A DNA stretch of 64,000 nt from NCBI GenBank assembly GCA_902563105.1, contig CACEVU010000005.1:26557-90556 (forward strand). Reading direction: 5' to 3'. Origin of the DNA: an uncultured SAR86 cluster bacterium (GTDB lineage Bacteria; Pseudomonadota; Gammaproteobacteria; Magnimaribacterales; AG-339-G14). Below the pieces are notes generated by a model. It was not told where the DNA came from, did not search any database, and worked only from the letters and a program-made list of their open reading frames with translations. Made by a program: the position numbers and the translations under genes. Of this stretch, positions 20,696 to 29,909 are shown piece by piece; the stretch's first letter is position 1, and each line of letters starts with the position of its first letter.

Positions 20696-21430
20696 ATGAA
20701 GAAAAATATTTTATTAATTTTAAGTATAGGTCTTTTATCTCATTCTCTGATTGCTCAATCTTCAACAGGATTGAGAGAGGGAGAGGTTAAAGCTGAGTTT
20801 CATTTCTTCAACGTAACTGATCCAGAAGGTTTTGTTTCTGCTATTGAAACTTTCGATGCATCTTCGTGCGCGAAAAAATGGAGAGAAGAATCTGGAGCTA
20901 ATGTAGCTCTTTATTCAAGATTTGGAAGCAGGCAAACACATATCATTCTTGTTACTTATGATAGTTATGACCAAATGCAACTAGGCCAAGGTATATTTTC
21001 ATCTTGTGCTGAATCAGCTGTTATGAGTTTAGCTTTTGATAAAACAACTAATTCCGGAGATTACTACAATTATCTTACAGAACTTGCTCTTGAAGCAGGG
21101 GACTGGAGAGAAAATACTGTTTTTTCTAATGTAGAAATCAAGGTTGATGGAACAAACGAAGCAACATATTTAGATGCTTGGATTGAATTAACTGATGCAA
21201 ATTCAGATTCTGTTGGTTCTTATGGTATCAACAGGGTTTTATTCGGTAATAAGTATGTTTCTCATATGATTTTTAGTGGTTCTAATTCGCTTGACGATCT
21301 TGTTTCAGGATTAAAACAAACATATAGCTCTGACGCTTATACAAGTTTTAACAGAAAAGTTGGAAAGATTAGGAAAACAGTAAATACTACTCTTGCTCAG
21401 TTAGTTAAAGCTTATCCTGCTGAGAGATAA
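20696..21430 (+). CDS. Exported hypothetical protein
   Basis: Sec signal (..SLIA), GAGG RBS, followed by a terminator. Confidence 0.75.
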   Translation: MKKNILLILSIGLLSHSLIAQSSTGLREGEVKAEFHFFNVTDPEGFVSAIETFDASSCAKKWREESGANVALYSRFGSRQTHIILVTYDSYDQMQLGQGIFSSCAESAVMSLAFDKTTNSGDYYNYLTELALEAGDWRENTVFSNVEIKVDGTNEATYLDAWIELTDANSDSVGSYGINRVLFGNKYVSHMIFSGSNSLDDLVSGLKQTYSSDAYTSFNRKVGKIRKTVNTTLAQLVKAYPAER

Positions 21431-21437
21431 ATCATAA

Positions 21438-21471
21438 AATAAAACCGCCTAATAATTTGGGCGGTTTTATT
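21438..21471. terminator. Intrinsic terminator, probably bidirectional
   Basis: AATAAAACCGCCTAA-TAAT-TTGGGCGGTTTTATT hairpin between convergent genes. Confidence 0.8.
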
Positions 21472-22207
21472 CTTCAAAATTTTCCCAATTAAACCTAGGT
21501 AACATCTTTACGCCTTTTTCTATTTGCTCGGCCCAGATGTCGGATAGTTCCTTAAAAAAAGGAGAATCCAATTTAAGTTGATCTTGAAAGTCTAAATTTA
21601 TTTGATCCTTTTTAAAAACCACTAGGTCTATAGGCGGACCAACCGTCAAATCTGATCTCATTGTAGAGTCTAAAGAGAGTAGGGCAACTCTAGCAGCATC
21701 TCCAACCGACGTATCAGGATGAATCATTCGATCTAATATTGGTTTACCATATTTAGTTTCTCCAATTTGCATGTAAGGCTGGTTATCAGACATATAAATG
21801 TGATTTCCTTCTGGATAAACAAGCATTAAGTTAGGTTCTTGACCTTTAATTTGACCACCTACAATGAAATGAGATCCCAATGAGACACTATTTTGAGCAG
21901 GGTTCTCATTTGAAATTGATTGATACTCAACATTTAATTCTCCAACATATGCAGCAACTTCGTCAAGATCATCGCAAGTATTTAAACTTTTTAAAGAATC
22001 TGATGAAGATAAATCTTTCTCAATTCTGTGATAAACAGCTTGAGAAGTAGCTAAATTCCCAGAAGTAAGAATAACAAACGCTCGATCTCCAACATTAAAG
22101 GTGAACATCTTCGAATAAGTGCTGACATTATCTAAACCGGCATTTGTTCGGGAATCTGAAGCGAAGACTAATCCATCTTCAATTTTTATTGCAACACAAT
22201 AGGTCAT
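21467..22207 (-). CDS. Anbu proteasome-type Ntn protease
   Basis: MTYCV N-terminal Thr nucleophile, SDSRTNAG, SGNLATSQ, QIGETKYGKPILDR, DSTMRS.LTVGPP. Confidence 0.92.
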   Translation of the reverse strand: MTYCVAIKIEDGLVFASDSRTNAGLDNVSTYSKMFTFNVGDRAFVILTSGNLATSQAVYHRIEKDLSSSDSLKSLNTCDDLDEVAAYVGELNVEYQSISNENPAQNSVSLGSHFIVGGQIKGQEPNLMLVYPEGNHIYMSDNQPYMQIGETKYGKPILDRMIHPDTSVGDAARVALLSLDSTMRSDLTVGPPIDLVVFKKDQINLDFQDQLKLDSPFFKELSDIWAEQIEKGVKMLPRFNWENFEE

Positions 22208-22284
22208 TTTTAGTTAGAAATTGGACCTCAGTAATATTATAAATGAATGTTATATTGAGTTTAGATAAATATACTAATAATAAT

Positions 22285-23724
22285 ATGAAAGTAAAGTGGT
22301 CAAATTATGAATTAGCAAAATCATATGACGAATATATCTCTTCAGAAAATAAAGTAAGACGTCATATTAAGAAGATTGGTAATTTTTTTGAGTCTTTATC
22401 CCTGAATGATCTCAAAGAGCTTGATAGCTCAACAGAATCAGCAATAAAGTCCATGGGAATTAACTTTAGAGTTTACTCTGACACAGGGTCAGAGGAGAGA
22501 AATTGGCCCTTGGATTTTATTCCGAGAATTATAAAAAAAAGTGAGTGGGATATTATTTCGAAAGGTCTTAAACAACGAACGAAAGCTCTAAATCTTTTTA
22601 TAGAGGATTGTTATAACGAAAAAAAATTTTTAAAAAAAAGCTCAATAAATGAAGACCTTATTCTTAAGTCAAAAGCTTATTTCCCTTTTTGCAAAAACGT
22701 AAAATTACCCAATTCTGCCTGGTCTCATATTTGTGGCTCAGACTTAATAAAAGATATTGATGGTGTCTTTCATGTATTGGAAGATAACTTAAGAATTCCT
22801 TCTGGAGTTTCATACATGCTTGAAAATAGATATGTAATGAAAAGAGTTTTTCCAGATTTATTTTCTCATTATGGAGTTTCAAGAATTGATGAGTACCCGC
22901 TAAGGCTATATGAAACACTTGCTGAATCCTCTTTTAGAAAAACAAAATCTCCAGAAATTGTTCTTCTTACACCGGGAATTTATAACTCTGCATACTATGA
23001 ACATTCATACTTAGCTCAGCAAATGGGCATTGATCTTGTCGAAGGAAGAGATCTTATAGTTAAAAATGGTTTTGTTTACAAAAAGACAATAGAAGGTCTG
23101 TCAAAGATAGATGTTATCTACAGAAGAGTTGATGATGCATTTCTAGATCCAGATGTTGGAAATCCAAATAGTGTTTTAGGAGTAAAAGGACTCATTAAAT
23201 GTTGGAAAAATAAAAACGTTTCAATTGTAAATGCTCCTGGTTGCGGAATAGCAGATGATAAAGCTGTATACAGCTATGTTCCCGAGATGATTAATTTTTA
23301 TCTTAAGGAGGAATGCATTCTGCCAAATATAAAAACTTATCTCATGAGTGATAAGAAAGATAGAGATTACGTATTTGAAAATATAAGAAAAATGGTAATT
23401 AAGCCTGTAGCAGAAGCAGGGGGTTATGGAATTGTAATTGGTAAAACTTTAAATAATGAAACTCAAGAAGAAACTATCAAAAAAGTTCTTGGTAATACTA
23501 AAAATTATGTAGCTCAGCCGCTTATAGATTTATCAACTACCCCTACATTTAGTAAAAATGAAATCTCACCGAGGCATTTAGATTTGAGACCATTTATTCT
23601 TTCAGGAAAAGATATTTATGTAACGGTAGGGGGCTTGACAAGAGTTGCTTTGAAAAAAGGATCTACAGTTGTAAATTCTTCTCAAGGTGGTGGTAGTAAG
23701 GATACTTGGATTGTAGAAGCATAA
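22285..23724 (+). CDS. Circularly permuted type 2 ATP-grasp protein
   Basis: VLEDNLRIPSGVSYMLENR, DVIYRRVDD, DLRPF, NSSQGGGSKDTW; start probably ATG 22285. Confidence 0.93.
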   Translation: MKVKWSNYELAKSYDEYISSENKVRRHIKKIGNFFESLSLNDLKELDSSTESAIKSMGINFRVYSDTGSEERNWPLDFIPRIIKKSEWDIISKGLKQRTKALNLFIEDCYNEKKFLKKSSINEDLILKSKAYFPFCKNVKLPNSAWSHICGSDLIKDIDGVFHVLEDNLRIPSGVSYMLENRYVMKRVFPDLFSHYGVSRIDEYPLRLYETLAESSFRKTKSPEIVLLTPGIYNSAYYEHSYLAQQMGIDLVEGRDLIVKNGFVYKKTIEGLSKIDVIYRRVDDAFLDPDVGNPNSVLGVKGLIKCWKNKNVSIVNAPGCGIADDKAVYSYVPEMINFYLKEECILPNIKTYLMSDKKDRDYVFENIRKMVIKPVAEAGGYGIVIGKTLNNETQEETIKKVLGNTKNYVAQPLIDLSTTPTFSKNEISPRHLDLRPFILSGKDIYVTVGGLTRVALKKGSTVVNSSQGGGSKDTWIVEA

Positions 23725-24635
23725 TGTTAAGTAGAAGTGCAAAACATCTTTACTGGCTTGCTAGGTATATTGAAAGAACTGAAAACATCGCTCGAATGAT
23801 TGATGTAAATCTAGAATTAATTCTTGATTATCCTGTTGACCATTCATTAAATTGGAAACCACTAATAGATACTTTGGATGCAAATAAAACATATGAAAAA
23901 AAATATAGAAAATACAATGAAGATAATGTTTTAAATTTTCTTTTTGAAGGAACAAATAATTCAAGTTCGATAAAAAATTGTTTAGATATGGCTAAATACA
24001 ATATAGAAACAGTCAGAGACGATTTACCAAAATCTGCAAGTATTAGTTTGAACCACCTTTATGATCATATTTTTCGAGAAACTTTTGTAAAGATACATAA
24101 AAGGAAAAGATTAACCTACATCACGAATATAGTTGATCTTACTCAAGAATTTTTTAGTTCAATAAACGATAATCTATCGAGAGGATATGAATTTGAATTT
24201 ATAAGACTAGGAAGATTTTTAGAAAGGATAGATATGATATCTAGGATAATAGATTGTTTATGTATCACCAAAAGCGATAAAAAAACTTATGATTTTTCTA
24301 CAATGGAATGGATAAGTTTATTATCAATCCTATCCGCTCAAGATGCATTTAGAAAAGTTTCTAAGGGAGAGGTTGATAGGGCTGAAGTAATAAATTTTCT
24401 TTTGCAAGATGATAGCTTTCCAAGATCCATTACAAGATGCCTTTCTATATTAAGACTTTGTTTAGATAGTCTTCCAAAGAATGAAAAAATAATTCTTAAA
24501 ATAAGAACTTTGAGACTGAGGTTTGATACAGCAAATCTTGAAAAGTTTGACGACGATAAATTACATTTATTCCTTGATAAGTGTCAAAAAGATTTAATTT
24601 CAATCGATAACCTTGTAGAAAAGACTTTTTTTTGA
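23724..24635 (+). CDS. Alpha-E domain protein (DUF403)
   Basis: MLSRSA..LYWLARYIERTEN and a second LGRFLER motif, FPRS; ATG overlaps the upstream TAA. Confidence 0.92.
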   Translation: MLSRSAKHLYWLARYIERTENIARMIDVNLELILDYPVDHSLNWKPLIDTLDANKTYEKKYRKYNEDNVLNFLFEGTNNSSSIKNCLDMAKYNIETVRDDLPKSASISLNHLYDHIFRETFVKIHKRKRLTYITNIVDLTQEFFSSINDNLSRGYEFEFIRLGRFLERIDMISRIIDCLCITKSDKKTYDFSTMEWISLLSILSAQDAFRKVSKGEVDRAEVINFLLQDDSFPRSITRCLSILRLCLDSLPKNEKIILKIRTLRLRFDTANLEKFDDDKLHLFLDKCQKDLISIDNLVEKTFF

Positions 24636-24688
24636 AAAATGAACTATAACTTTTTTTAATTAAATTAGATTTAGTCTAGAATTAAAAA

Positions 24689-26572
24689 ATGGCTAAACTT
24701 AATAATGAAGACTACAGGACAACTCTTTTGCAACTTGTAAAAGATTTTAAAAAATCAGAAGAAGGATCAATCGTGGAGCTTGAAGGAGATCATGATTTGG
24801 GAAAATCCTTTGAAGCCTTTTGTGCAAACAATATTTATGGCCCATTACTAAATATAGAGGAGGAATTTGAAGATTGTTATGACTTAAATTCAAGAGGGGA
24901 AAGAAATGTAGACATAATTTTTAATAAAGATCTAGAGTGTCATATTTTTGAGTGTAAGTGGAGAAACAATGAAAAGGGTAAATTCGATAAAAGTTGGATA
25001 GATCTTTTAACAGGAATTACTGATTGGATTGATGATTTAACTAAAATCCAAGCTTTTCCAGATTATGTGAAGGAAAAGTATCTAGATTTTTACAAAAGTA
25101 AATCAACTCAAAAATATCTCCATGTTTATCTTTTAACAAATACGAATGTTAATGATGATCAAAGAGAAGAATTTAAATCAAAAACCTCAAAAATTAGTGA
25201 TGAATTTAAAAAATTCAATATAATTTTTCATTTAAAAAATGCTGCTGAACTCTATCATGATTGGGCTAAATGCAATCAAAACGAATTAGGTTCCTTAAGT
25301 ATTCTTAAAAAGGATAGAGAAACAAAAACATTAGACAGAGTTTTTAAGCTTAAAGATAAAATTTCAGATTCTAATGAAGTTAAAGAAACTCTATTTTATA
25401 TTGCCTCAGGAATGGAGGTAAAAGATTGGGTTGATGGCAATGACAATATCTTTAACGACAATATAAGAGGTTATTTAGGAGCAAATAAAGTAAATAAATC
25501 TATGTTAAAAACAATAGATGAAAACCCAGAAGATTTTTTTACATTTAATAATGGAATAACAGCTGTAACAACTGAAATAAATGAAAATGAAGATTCATTT
25601 GAGTTAGAGAAATTCCAAATTATTAACGGATGTCAAACTGCAACTGCATTACAAAGATACTATAAAGACGTTTATAAAAATTCCGAGGGACAAACTATTC
25701 CCGAACAAGATAAAAACGAAAATTTAAGAAAAGTAAAAGTTCAAGTAAGAATAATTGAAACAAAATCAGCGAAAAAAGGTAAAACAGGAACTCTTATAAG
25801 AGCTAACAACACTCAGAATGTTATTCAAGATCCTGATTTTAGATCAACTGACTTAGTACAGGAAAACATAGAATTTTATGTAAATAGTCAAAGATTTAAA
25901 TATAAAGGAGATGGAGTTACAAAAAATACAAAATATGCTCGTAAAAGACAAAGGATAGATAAAAGAAAAAATGAGTATGTCATTACTCTAAGAAAGTTGG
26001 CAGAGTACGTGTATTTATTTGAAAATGATCCCGTTATTCCAAATATGGGAAAAAATAAACTTTTCGATGATGAAGTAACTAATAACAAAGTAGGAACTTA
26101 TGTAAAAATTTTTGGAAAAGATAATATTCTTGTAGATAAACTTCAGGATGATAGAGTTGACCAAATGATTGGGATTTGTCATCTTTCTGAACATATCATA
26201 AAAAAAGTAAAAGAAGCTAGGTTAAAAATAGATAAGGATACAAAAGAATATCTTCCATATTACTCTCCAACCTATTTTGTTTCATTGATAGGGTGGGCAG
26301 CTAAAGAATTTTTGGAACCATCATTTTATTCAACGTTAATAAATCAATCTTTAAATGGAAAATTATTTGAAGATAATAAAAAAACAAAAATTGATGAATT
26401 AATAAAAACAGGAGCTCAACATATTAGGAGGGTACAGAGAAGTTATAGTAAAAAAAATGAACTTCCTCTTATTAGAAACCTTTTGAGACAAAATGATTAT
26501 TGGGAAGACATAAAAGAAGAAATGAAAGAGGACGGAACGATTACAATCCCTCTAAACTCCCTATTTAATTAA
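24689..26572 (+). CDS. AIPR family protein (abortive infection phage resistance)
   Basis: IFNDNIRGYLG, FFTFNNGITAV, QIINGCQT, NTQN; N-terminal D..F.....IFECK motif. Confidence 0.85.
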   Translation: MAKLNNEDYRTTLLQLVKDFKKSEEGSIVELEGDHDLGKSFEAFCANNIYGPLLNIEEEFEDCYDLNSRGERNVDIIFNKDLECHIFECKWRNNEKGKFDKSWIDLLTGITDWIDDLTKIQAFPDYVKEKYLDFYKSKSTQKYLHVYLLTNTNVNDDQREEFKSKTSKISDEFKKFNIIFHLKNAAELYHDWAKCNQNELGSLSILKKDRETKTLDRVFKLKDKISDSNEVKETLFYIASGMEVKDWVDGNDNIFNDNIRGYLGANKVNKSMLKTIDENPEDFFTFNNGITAVTTEINENEDSFELEKFQIINGCQTATALQRYYKDVYKNSEGQTIPEQDKNENLRKVKVQVRIIETKSAKKGKTGTLIRANNTQNVIQDPDFRSTDLVQENIEFYVNSQRFKYKGDGVTKNTKYARKRQRIDKRKNEYVITLRKLAEYVYLFENDPVIPNMGKNKLFDDEVTNNKVGTYVKIFGKDNILVDKLQDDRVDQMIGICHLSEHIIKKVKEARLKIDKDTKEYLPYYSPTYFVSLIGWAAKEFLEPSFYSTLINQSLNGKLFEDNKKTKIDELIKTGAQHIRRVQRSYSKKNELPLIRNLLRQNDYWEDIKEEMKEDGTITIPLNSLFN

Positions 26573-26610
26573 TATTTATATTCGTATAATATATATTATG
26601 TTAAATACAA

Positions 26611-27162
26611 CTAAAGTAAAAATATTATAAGTGCATAGGAATTAACAACTAAAACCCCAGAGATAGCCTGCACATTTCTATCAATTTCAATTTTTTTTCT
26701 AATAATGTATAGGACAATAGGAGGAACTCCGTTTATATCATTTAATTCACCATCAAATAATCTAAGCCCCATCAATGTTGCGAAAAAAGAAAATATCCAT
26801 AAATAATTTAATAAAATTACAATTAAGTGATTTTCAGGAGAATAGAAACTCCACAATAATAACAAGGATAATATTGCGGTGATAATCATTGCATTAACCT
26901 GCCAAACTAAATGAAAACGAGCATGCCCCGTCCAAAGAGGATTTGTTGCATGAGATTCGTTAAAATCTATTAACGGCGTAATTGTTCCGAAACCTATGCA
27001 AATTAAAGACAATAGGATCTTTGAAATGAGAGATATTTCAATTTGCGTAAAAACAAGAGCATAAATGGACCATAAAACAACTAATCCCATAATTAATCCA
27101 AATATTTCTTGAGATTTTAGGGCAAAGTTGAATGCCCTACTTCTATCTTGAGGATTAAGCAT
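26611..27162 (-). CDS. Membrane protein (DUF6640-like)
   Basis: HATNPLWTGHARFHLVWQ motif, about 5 TM helices. Confidence 0.65.
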   Translation of the reverse strand: MLNPQDRSRAFNFALKSQEIFGLIMGLVVLWSIYALVFTQIEISLISKILLSLICIGFGTITPLIDFNESHATNPLWTGHARFHLVWQVNAMIITAILSLLLLWSFYSPENHLIVILLNYLWIFSFFATLMGLRLFDGELNDINGVPPIVLYIIRKKIEIDRNVQAISGVLVVNSYALIIFLL

Positions 27163-27198
27163 AATTCTACTCCGTTGAAGAAGAATTATAACTTAGTA

Positions 27199-28917
27199 TT
27201 AGTAACCATAACCGCTTCCACCACCACCGGAACCTCCTCCACCAGAACTACTGCTTCCAGCTATTTGCTCTTTAATGACAATTTGACCTCCCATATTAGG
27301 ATGGGCTCCACAGAAGTAATAAAGAGTTGTGGGAGTTGAATTAGGCATTGTGATCGTGATTTCATTTGTCCCTTCTGTTACTAAACTCGAAAAGACTACT
27401 CCATCATCCGAAGATCCTGCTATACCATCTGGACCCCATGTGCCATTTTCAGTAGATGAAAATAAAAATGGATGATTAGATGGATAGGAAAATTTATAAG
27501 TTTGCCCTGCTTTTACGATTAGTGTTTTTTGCTGTACACCATCTATGAAGTATCTATTTCCTGTTCCAGATCCAATAACTTTTGCTGCAGCTTGAACTTC
27601 AATTGTTTTAGAAGTTGAATTTGGAGTATTCACGGTTGTAGGAATAACATCTGCATGGATTATTTCGTTTGAAGTTTTAGCGATTGAATTCCAAAGATTA
27701 GATTTAGTATCAGATCTTATCCAGGTGTTAAATTCCGTAATAAATTCGGAGAGCGTGTAGTACTCGGTACCATTTTTCCAAAAGACATCTTCGAAAGCAT
27801 CTTGCCAACCATTACCAGATCTTGCCAATTCAGCCTCTTGCCAAGAGGTGTAATATTTAGACATAGCAGCATTGAAATTTCTTTCATCTTTACTCCAAAG
27901 ATAAAGCAAGGCACTGGCGCCTGCTGAATATCCTACATTTCCAGTTAAATTAAAATCTGCCAGACTTCTTCCTGCATCACCTGCAAAATAATCGAATGCT
28001 GCACTAAAATGATCTTCAAACTGTTGCGCTGGATTAATAGTTATTCCGGTCTTTGTATTTGCATATTTAGCTGATAAAACAATACCACCAAATTCAGCTC
28101 CGCCCTCTTCTATGTACCATGGAAAATAAGCTGGAGTAGAAGCTGAAGCAGGGTCTAACAAACTTGGATTAGAAAACCAAGCTTTTGGAAGAGAGATGGT
28201 TTTTGTTGCCTCGTTATAAAATTTTATTGAATTTTGATATACGTGAAAATATTCATGAGCAATTATTTTGAAAGATTGTTGAATTTGTTCAGCGTCATTT
28301 GCAAAACCAGCTTGACCCCAAACGAGAGACTGAGGAATTTGTATATCTGCTCCATTAGGAGCTGCTTCATGAGAATAGCCTCCTCCAGCTGAATCAATAG
28401 GAAATCCATCATAATTTGCTACCGCATTAGTGTAATCCGATAAGGGAGCTTGAACTGTAGCAAAGTCTGTATTGTATGTCGCTTTTTCTGAGGCTGTGAC
28501 AGAGTTTTGAGGATTTGCTCCAAGAACAAAAACATTAACAGGAACTATCTGACCCAAAGTATTTTTTGAATATTCTAAAAGTTCATTAATATAAGTTTTC
28601 CAAGAGATTCCTCCAGTTGATATTATTGTGTTAGTTGCTTCGTAATAATTTTCACAAATAGGCATAGCTTCAAAGCTTGTTGCTTGCCAAAAAAAACTGT
28701 AATTATTAAATACTGTATTGGTAGATGTAGCAGTTGGCATAGTTGTATACCAAGCTTTTTTACAAGCATTTGCTGAATTCAAATTAGTCAGAGTTGGGGT
28801 TGAGGAACTACTTGAAGAACTAGTTGAAGAACTAGAATAAGAACTACTTCCTCCACCGCCACCGCATGCCGTTATGAAAAATGTCACAAGAAAAACTAAC
28901 CAAAATTTATTATTCAT
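27199..28917 (-). CDS. Lipoprotein with a HExxH metallopeptidase-like domain and a C-terminal cupredoxin-like domain
   Basis: Lipobox ITAC, GGGGG-polySer linker, AHEYFH...EEGGAEF, HPF...YYFCGAHPNM; start ATG 28917 (MNNKFW). Confidence 0.75.
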   Translation of the reverse strand: MNNKFWLVFLVTFFITACGGGGGSSSYSSSSTSSSSSSSTPTLTNLNSANACKKAWYTTMPTATSTNTVFNNYSFFWQATSFEAMPICENYYEATNTIISTGGISWKTYINELLEYSKNTLGQIVPVNVFVLGANPQNSVTASEKATYNTDFATVQAPLSDYTNAVANYDGFPIDSAGGGYSHEAAPNGADIQIPQSLVWGQAGFANDAEQIQQSFKIIAHEYFHVYQNSIKFYNEATKTISLPKAWFSNPSLLDPASASTPAYFPWYIEEGGAEFGGIVLSAKYANTKTGITINPAQQFEDHFSAAFDYFAGDAGRSLADFNLTGNVGYSAGASALLYLWSKDERNFNAAMSKYYTSWQEAELARSGNGWQDAFEDVFWKNGTEYYTLSEFITEFNTWIRSDTKSNLWNSIAKTSNEIIHADVIPTTVNTPNSTSKTIEVQAAAKVIGSGTGNRYFIDGVQQKTLIVKAGQTYKFSYPSNHPFLFSSTENGTWGPDGIAGSSDDGVVFSSLVTEGTNEITITMPNSTPTTLYYFCGAHPNMGGQIVIKEQIAGSSSSGGGGSGGGGSGYGY

Positions 28918-29048
28918 AAAAATACCCTTAATCAAAAAATTAAATCCAGAAAATCCATTTCCGTTTTAGCACTTTGTTTTGCATCGTGGCAATAGGACCA
29001 AATTACGATAAGATAATAATATAGATATTTTTATTGGAGATTAAAAAA

Positions 29049-29909
29049 ATGAGTAAAAATTATAAGGAAATTCTTGGAAAACAAATGGCTTATTTAGACT
29101 CTGGAGAAGGCCAATCAATTGTTTTTTTACACGGTAATCCAGCATCATCTTTTTTATGGAGAAATATTACACCTTCAGTAAAGGAATTAGGCAGAATTGT
29201 AGTGCCCGATTTAATAGGTATGGGGGATTCAGAAAAACTTGATGGCGAAGATAATCCAGATTATCAATATCATGGTCAATATAAGTATTTATCTGCTCTT
29301 TTAGATTCTCTAGATTTAGGAGATGAAATTAACTTAGTAATTCATGACTGGGGTTCTGCTATGGGTTTTCAATATGCGAGAGAAAATCCAGATAGAATCA
29401 AATCAATTACTTTTATGGAAGCAATCGTGATGCCGCTAACTTGGGATCAATGGCCTGAAAATGCTAGAAATATATTTCAATTGATGAGATCTGAGGCTGG
29501 AGAAGAAATAGTTCTTGAGAAGAATGTATTCGTAGAAAGAATTCTTTTGAATGATTCAGCTAACGGTTTTTCTGATGAGGAAAAAGCAGAATATATTAGA
29601 CCATTTAAAAATGCCGGTGAAGATAGACGCCCTACTCTAACGTGGCCAAGACAAATTCCAGTTGATGGAGAGCCTCAAGCTGTCATAGATGAAGTAACTA
29701 AAAATGGAGAGTTTCATAAAGAATCCAACATTCCTAAGCTTTTTATTAATGCTGATCCAGGAAGTATCTTAGTTGGGGATCAGAGAGAATTTGTTCGTTC
29801 TTGGAATAATTTGAAAGAAGTAACGGTTAAAGGAAACCATTTTATTCAAGAGCATTCTCCAAAAGAAATTGGAGAAGCTCTAAAAGAATTCATTTCTTCA
29901 CTGAGTTAG
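29049..29909 (+). CDS. Haloalkane dehalogenase (HLD-II, LinB-like)
   Basis: HGNPASSFLWRNI, IHDWGS, FMEAIV, RRPTLTWPRQIP, HFIQE; start ATG 29049. Confidence 0.92.
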   Translation: MSKNYKEILGKQMAYLDSGEGQSIVFLHGNPASSFLWRNITPSVKELGRIVVPDLIGMGDSEKLDGEDNPDYQYHGQYKYLSALLDSLDLGDEINLVIHDWGSAMGFQYARENPDRIKSITFMEAIVMPLTWDQWPENARNIFQLMRSEAGEEIVLEKNVFVERILLNDSANGFSDEEKAEYIRPFKNAGEDRRPTLTWPRQIPVDGEPQAVIDEVTKNGEFHKESNIPKLFINADPGSILVGDQREFVRSWNNLKEVTVKGNHFIQEHSPKEIGEALKEFISSLS

